This document shows, in pieces, positions 57,692 to 64,000 of a stretch of 64,000 bases of DNA. The stretch lies in NCBI GenBank assembly GCA_010015805.1, contig ML978122.1, positions 310,001 to 374,000 on the forward strand. The letters run 5' to 3'. How positions within the stretch are numbered: the stretch's first letter is position 1; the number at the start of each line of letters is the position of its first letter. Below the pieces are notes generated by a model. The model was not told the DNA's origin and did no database searches. It saw nothing but the letters and a program-made list of their open reading frames with translations. This DNA is from Rhizodiscina lignyota (lineage: Eukaryota). The position numbers and the translations under genes are program-made.

Positions 57692-60107
57692 ATGCGTCAT
57701 AGTATTTCCTCAGCAAAGCCGTCCATATTTCCTATGGATAGACTTCCAACACTACAATGCCCACAACTTCGTAACAGATCTGGAGACCCTGTCATCAAAC
57801 GGGTATTGATTGCCAACCGTGGGGAGATTGCTTGTAGGGTCATTACAACCTGCTGGAGGCTTGGCATCACATCGATAGCTGTTTTTACCGAACCGTAAGC
57901 GTAGCTTCTGTATCCGAGACATTGAAATCATCTGTTTATGACCTCATAGGGATGAGACTGCGCTGTACGTTAAGCAAGCAGACCAGGTCGTTTTTCTTGG
58001 AGCCATCAATGGACCAGCCGGAAATCCGCATTTGAACATTGATCTCCTCGTCAAAACCGCTCACGAGCATCAGGCCGACGCTATACATCCAGGCTATGGG
58101 TACCTGAGCGAAAACGACGAGTTTGCTCGTGCAATCGAGAATGCCGGGATGAAATTTCTCGGACCCTCTCCAGAAAGTATGGCTGTGCTCGGAAACAAGC
58201 GGTCGGCGAAAGATTATCTGTTGAAGCATGCACCGGAAGTGCCGCTCATTCCTGGCTACAATGGCTCTGAACAGAACCTTTCTCGTCTTACAGAAGAAGC
58301 AGACCGCATTGGTTATCCAGTCTTGATCAAAGCATCTGCCGGGGGCGGAGGAAAGGGCATGAGAATCATACATGAGCGCAATCAGCTTGCGGATGGGTTG
58401 GCTCGAGCACAATCCGAAGCGAAAAGATCATTTGGATCATCGGATTGCATCATCGAGAAGTATGTCGAACGGAGCAAACACATCGAGATTCAGATTGTCG
58501 GTGATACCCACGGCCAAGTGGTATCATTGCTTGACCGTGAATGCTCGATCCAACGACGACACCAAAAAGTTATTGAAGAGGCACCCTCACCTTGGTTATC
58601 TGCGGATCTCAGAAAATCAATGAGCAAGACAGCCATTCAAATCGGAAAATTGTTAGGTTATACAAGTGCTGGAACCGTGGAGTTCATCGTGGACGTCGAC
58701 ACTGCGAAATATTACTTCCTCGAAGTGAATACTCGCATCCAAGTCGAGCATCCCATCACCGAAGAAACCACCGGAACCGATATCGTCGCTCTCCAGGTGT
58801 ACGTTGCTAGTGGTGGCTCGCTCGATGATCTGAATTATTTCCGCGACGGGATGTCCCCTCAGGTTGGCCACGCCATCGAATGTCGACTTTGCGCTGAAGA
58901 TCCGTCTCGTGACTTCTACCCAGATCTGGGTACTATCCAGCGCTGGACACCAGCATCAGAGGTGCTCCCAACCTCGAGGAATGAATATGCTCGCTTCGAC
59001 ACAGGGGTGCACACAGGTTCGCAGATTTCAGTGCACTTTGATTCGCTCATGGCAAAGATTATCGTGTGGGCGCCCACCAGGTCGCGGGCCATAGCATACA
59101 TGGCCAAATTGATAGCCCACACGGTATGCATCGGCATCCGAAGCAACCAATCCTTCTTGCAATCTTGCCTGCTTCAAGCGAAATTCCGCGATCCAGAATA
59201 CACCACAAGTTTCATCCCGAACCTGATGACCTCGCTCATCAAAAATCCCTACGTCAGCCAGCTGGACGAGACTCTGCAACTACTCTCATTCATTCCATCA
59301 ATGCTGCAACAACAGCGGGCTGCCTCTGATCTAGGACGACAGCGGTTTTCGAGAATCCCACCCTCGTTCAAGAACCAGAGAAAAGACCCAGCGAATATCC
59401 AAGCCAGCGTTGTGCAGATTCCGCTTCTTTCCAACAAAGCAATTCTCGTGGTGTGGTCAACAGGGGGTCACTCTGTCAAAATTATTCCAATCTCAGCAAC
59501 GGAAAAAAAGGAAAATTCCGATGCGAGACTGAAACCAAGTGTCAGACTTGCGAGGGAGTATAATGATGATATTAGTGCGCACATCAGGAGGTTGTCAAAT
59601 CATAATGGTCTGGATATTCCGGCACATCGAGTCACAATGCAGATCCTCAGCAGTAGGAAAGCGAATCAGGCCAGCTCGGACTCATGGATTCTCGATGACC
59701 TCTCAGTCACAGTGGATGCGCAGAGATATACAGTCTATACAGCCTGTACCCCCTCGCCTGGAACTGAACCCGGCTTGCAGCAAGAAGTGTATGCACACAT
59801 TCCTGCTCTTGGTACAGCCGTCAAGTATCACTCCTTCTCCTTGCTATCATATGGCGAATCTCGTCGAAGACTGGTCGCCGCTGACGCTGCGGTGATTGAC
59901 AAGTCTCCAAAAGCATCCATGCCTTGCAAGGTGCTGAGTGTGTTGAAAAAGGAGGGTGATGTCTTGAAAGTTGGGGAGATCGCAATGGTGGTTGAGAGTA
60001 TGAAGATGGAGATGAATATCCTCGCGACTACGGAAGGCAAATTCAGTGCTAAGTTTCAAAAAGGAGATGCTGTCCAAGAAGGACAGGTGCTCTTTACAGT
60101 TACTTGA
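57692..60107 (+). CDS. Biotin-dependent acyl-CoA carboxylase alpha subunit (MccA/AtuF-like: biotin carboxylase + biotinyl domain)
   Basis: [55 protein letters not shown] biotin site; one intron. The start could be 57734. Confidence 0.93.
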
Positions 60108-60414
60108 TGTATTCCAAATAATGTTGATTGGATTAAAGAAATACACTGGTGAGGGGCCTGAAGAAAGTACTATGACAAACTCCGTCGTGATCGGCAAGCA
60201 GTTCAATGCCTAGGCCATACATGATTCCTCCCAAAATAATGTTATATAAATTGCTTGATTCCATCATCAATGAGAATTCAAGGACCGGGACTGCAGTCTA
60301 TGGCTTTCAATACACAAATCACGTAAAGGTGAAGTAAAGCCTTACGACGCGTACATTTTGGAAGGCGGCACGTGATGGAATCGGCAAACCACGCGCCGTC
60401 GTGATGTTAGGAAG

Positions 60415-62832
60415 TCAGCCGCCGAAACTTGTCCCGCCGCCATCAAAAAATGAAGTGAATGGCGAGACTTGACTGAATGCCATTGTATCATAATAAGCCC
60501 CATTCACCTGTGAACTTAGGCTGCCGCCTAGCTGCTGTTGAGGTACAATTGGGGGATAGAGTCTAGATCCTTCTAGAACAGTGAACGGATCCCATCGAGA
60601 GCAACTAAGAGACGTATGGGGTGGCACGGTTTCTTTTGGCGCTTGTGACATCGTGTTGTAATCGGCTGCAGCCCAGATGGTTTCCAGCTGGTCGCTATCA
60701 AATGCTTCCCAATTAGGGGTTGGTGTCACCAGCGCCGCAGAGAAAGCAGATTGCTCGACGAGACTTTCCAGAATTCGCAACTATCATACTGTCAGCTTCA
60801 AATAAATTCGACCCGGGTGGAAAAGCGAGGCAGACGGACCATCCACTGAGCATTTTTCCAATGATGAGAGAGGGATTTGAGATATTCTTTGTCGGACCGG
60901 AAGTACTGAGCTGCTCTCTGTTGGACATCAATATCCGGGTCTTGCAGGTATAAAGTGTGTATACTAGCAGCTAAGGTCGCGCAATATCCCATGAAAGAAT
61001 AAATTGCGGGATAACCTGTTGTTTGGACCTCTTGAAAAAGCTCTGACAGAGAACAGGCGTTTTCTCTGCATGTTTGCAAAGCCCGATTCCAAAAACTTGG
61101 AGGCACTTTGGTGCCGGAGACTCGCGACAGCTGATGGAGTAGGAGTGGGTGCTGTAGGATGCAATGGCAGGTCCGAAATAATGCTCTGGAAAATATGATA
61201 GGGCCGGCAAGCTGCATATCGACTTGGCCGTTTCGTTGGCATTCCTGCTTTATAACTTCCCCGACACTGCCACCTAGCTCAAATTTTGTCTCCAGCTGGA
61301 GGAGAATCGAGTAAATCGTAGCATATAAGGATTTTGAGTCCCATGGCGGAAGACGGCTTTCGCCTCTCAGATTCTGATGGATACTGTGTTGCGCGCATCG
61401 GCCAAGAACGGATGCAGTTAAAACCACCAGGGCGAGGTCGCTGGGATTCTCGGACATAGCCTCTGTTGCTGAGAATGCTTGTTCTAGAGTTGGCGTTCTT
61501 TTCCATTCACCATTTCGAAAAGTAATCTCGTCGCAAGGAAGCTGCAAGAAGCAATGTGCATCAGCGAGCGCAGCCGGTCGGGCCCGACCACAAGAGCACA
61601 ATTTGTCAAGTACATAAATGGACCAGAAAACTCTTCGACGCTCTTCTTGTTCCGAAAAGTTGAGAGTCTGGCTGGGTTCCATCATCAAGTGGAGATCTTG
61701 TGCAATTCGGATCGACAGCCCGATCTTTAGCCAGCCAGGATGCCGCCTACCAGCTACACTAGAAATCAGAACCACCATTGAAATTAGTAGAATGAGGCTT
61801 GGAAGTACCTGTAAAGTCGATGATAGACAGCATCGTCACCGCTTGACATATATAGATGTCAGGGTCGCTTTCTGGTCCAAACCAAACAGACACTATCAGC
61901 TTCCAGGATTCACTTGCGTATGACTTGATTGCCTCAGCGCTAGCGTCTCCATAGTAGGGATCGGATGAAAATCGCATTGCTGAAGCCAAAACGGCAAATA
62001 GCAAAAAGTCCGGTAGGGAATTGAGAGCAAGCCGTTGCCTAAAAGATTGTTCATGAAAAAAGGAATACGGTTGATTGTGTACTCGAGCGAAGTAGAGGTC
62101 GACCAGAGAATCTCGTACCTCTCGCGGCGGAAGCATCTTGAAGGAACGTCTGAGACAGGTGGTTAATGACGCAATTTCGGAGTCACTACAAGAACACTCA
62201 CGGCTCTGACATATCATGTTGGGAGGCGACGACTTTTGCCGCTTGCGAGAGGTCGGATGCGTGTGTACTCGCGGCATTCGTGGGATAGATTATCCCTGAC
62301 TGAGAGGATGCACTGGGAGTACGAAGGTTCTGGTTTATCAGGTCAGGGAGATAGCTATACATGGTTATTATAGAATAGACTATTGGTGCTGGAAAGTGTT
62401 CTTACCTCATAAGTATGTCTCGTAGGTCATTCAACTTTGCTTCGATTGAAGCGACTCTTGTCGAGAGACTATCCTATAATTGATCTTATAAGATCTGTCT
62501 TATCAATGGAGTATATGAACGTACATCGGCGTTCGAGGTGGCAACATCGCTCCCACTTTGAGCACGCTGGGGATCGGGTGTGATGCTACTGCCATTGCTG
62601 GGCATCCACTGGCAGTCTTGTGACAACCGCTTGCAATAACTACACACGGGACGCTCCCCAGAGCACTTGGCTTTCTTACGTCTGGGTGAGAGTCAGCGAG
62701 GAACTCGACTGGCGGAAGCTCTAAACTCGTCCAGCTTCTGTGATGAGCGGTCGCATACCTGCAGTTCAGACATGCTTGCTGGATTCGCCTGATGCCGCGA
62801 TACCCGTTAGGGACAGACCGCTCTGGGGGCAT
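60415..62832 (-). CDS. Zn(II)2Cys6 transcription factor embedded in the carboxylase cluster
   Basis: ACLNCR|RKKAKCSGERPVCSYCKRLSQDC; HNQPYSFFH, EERRRVFWSIYVLD fungal TF domain; about five canonical introns. Confidence 0.9.
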
Positions 62833-63315
62833 TCTGAGGTGGAATGGAAGCCAATACGTCGTCGCTTGACAGGAAGTCCAATGGGCTCACTCTCGATCTA
62901 GACAATGAAGTGTTGGTGACTAGGAGAGGGGAGCAGAAGTTTGGATGTCGGCTGAGGAGTTACTGTAAGACCCGCATTTCGGCTGCCGCATGGGCCGAGA
63001 TTTGTCCTTATGTACGGCACTTCCCTACTACACTGCCGCCAGATTCCTACTTGGGACCAAATCACAATTCCTCAACCGCGGAAAGTTAAAAAAGAAAAGA
63101 GAAAGACTCTTCTTCTTTGGACTCTACGGCATTGTGCTATCTGTTATCCATGCCGCAGGGTAGATCCGAATCTATACGCCTTCTGGGCGACATTTTGTAG
63201 CTGTTTCTCTTGCTTGTACTGATCAATATCGGATACAGTCACCCCCATGCCAAGCTGATCTCAAAATGCCGCCGCGACTGCAAATAATATATTCCTATAA
63301 TATTTGTCTTGGTGG

Positions 63316-64000
63316 TTACATCCTCGCCAACCCCCTGAATCCGACATTGCCATACACAGGATCAATTGTGACAACCTCCAGACACATTCCAAGCACATGC
63401 CTCGTATCTCGAGGGTCAATGATCCCATCATCCAATAAGTAAGCAGAAGTCTTGTAAACTTCAGAATCTCTCTGCACTTGATCACTGAGCTTTTTGGTTG
63501 AAGCTTTGAGCTCATTTTCATCGACGGCACGGTTTGATCGAGCAGCTGCCCCACGGGCAATTGTCTCCATGACTCCACCCAATTGATCAGGACCCATCAC
63601 TGAGCATCGACTGTTGGGCCAAGAGAAGAGGAATCGAGGGGCGTAGGATCTGCCGCACATTGCATAATTGCCGGCCCCATACGAAGCTCCGCAGACGATA
63701 CTAATGTGCGGAACTGTGCTGGTGCTCACAGCGCCCACGAGCTGCGCACCTTTCTTGATGAGACCAGCTCTCTCAGTCTTGAGGCCAACCATGAATCCGG
63801 TGACATTGTGCAAGAAGACGATTGGGATCCGGCTACAGGCAGCAAGTCTGTTGTCAGATTTCATTCGGGGGAAGAATTTGGAACGGGGAAAAGCTTACTT
63901 CTGATTGCAGAGACGAATAAATTGCGTTGCTTTATCCGCTTCATTGCATAGAATGACTGGATTTTGATTCGCGATGATTCCCGTTAGATGTCCTGATGGT
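63316..64000 (-). CDS. Acyl-CoA carboxylase beta (carboxyltransferase) subunit, MccB/AtuC-like; 5' part outside the window
   Basis: GIIANQ, IPIVFLHNVTGFMVG, GASYGAGNYAMCGR, FSWPN..SVMG, DDGIIDPRDTR; ends LARM. Confidence 0.93.

Overview
Intron-rich, gene-dense DNA from a filamentous ascomycete fungus (about 50-nt introns with CTRAC/CTRAY branch sites, three Zn2Cys6 regulators, CDC14). About 27 protein-coding loci were modelled by hand, including one frameshifted aryl-alcohol dehydrogenase and one HET remnant. There are also two copies of a ~235-bp MITE and a RIP-like AT-rich relic. Main highlight: a compact phosphonate (C-P bond) catabolism cluster at 16.7-24.7 kb. It comprises a Pho84-family transporter, a Zn2Cys6 regulator, a PhnY*-type Fe/2OG dioxygenase, and a gene in which a 53-nt intron fuses a PhnZ HD-domain oxygenase in frame to a PhnA phosphonoacetate hydrolase. 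CACGTG (PHO-box) sites cluster in the transporter/regulator promoter, and CGG-N8-CCG sites occur in both divergent promoters. Other highlights: five introns whose homology-supported boundaries are non-canonical (GA-AG, GG-AG, two GT-GG, GT-AT) in otherwise intact genes; an apparently peroxisomal Atu/MCC-like methyl-branched acyl-CoA cluster with an HMG-CoA lyase-enoyl-CoA hydratase fusion; an amine oxidase/aldehyde cluster; and a candidate HEIP1/REDIC1 meiotic crossover factor. Family calls come from recognised motifs only, with no database searches, so novelty is untested.
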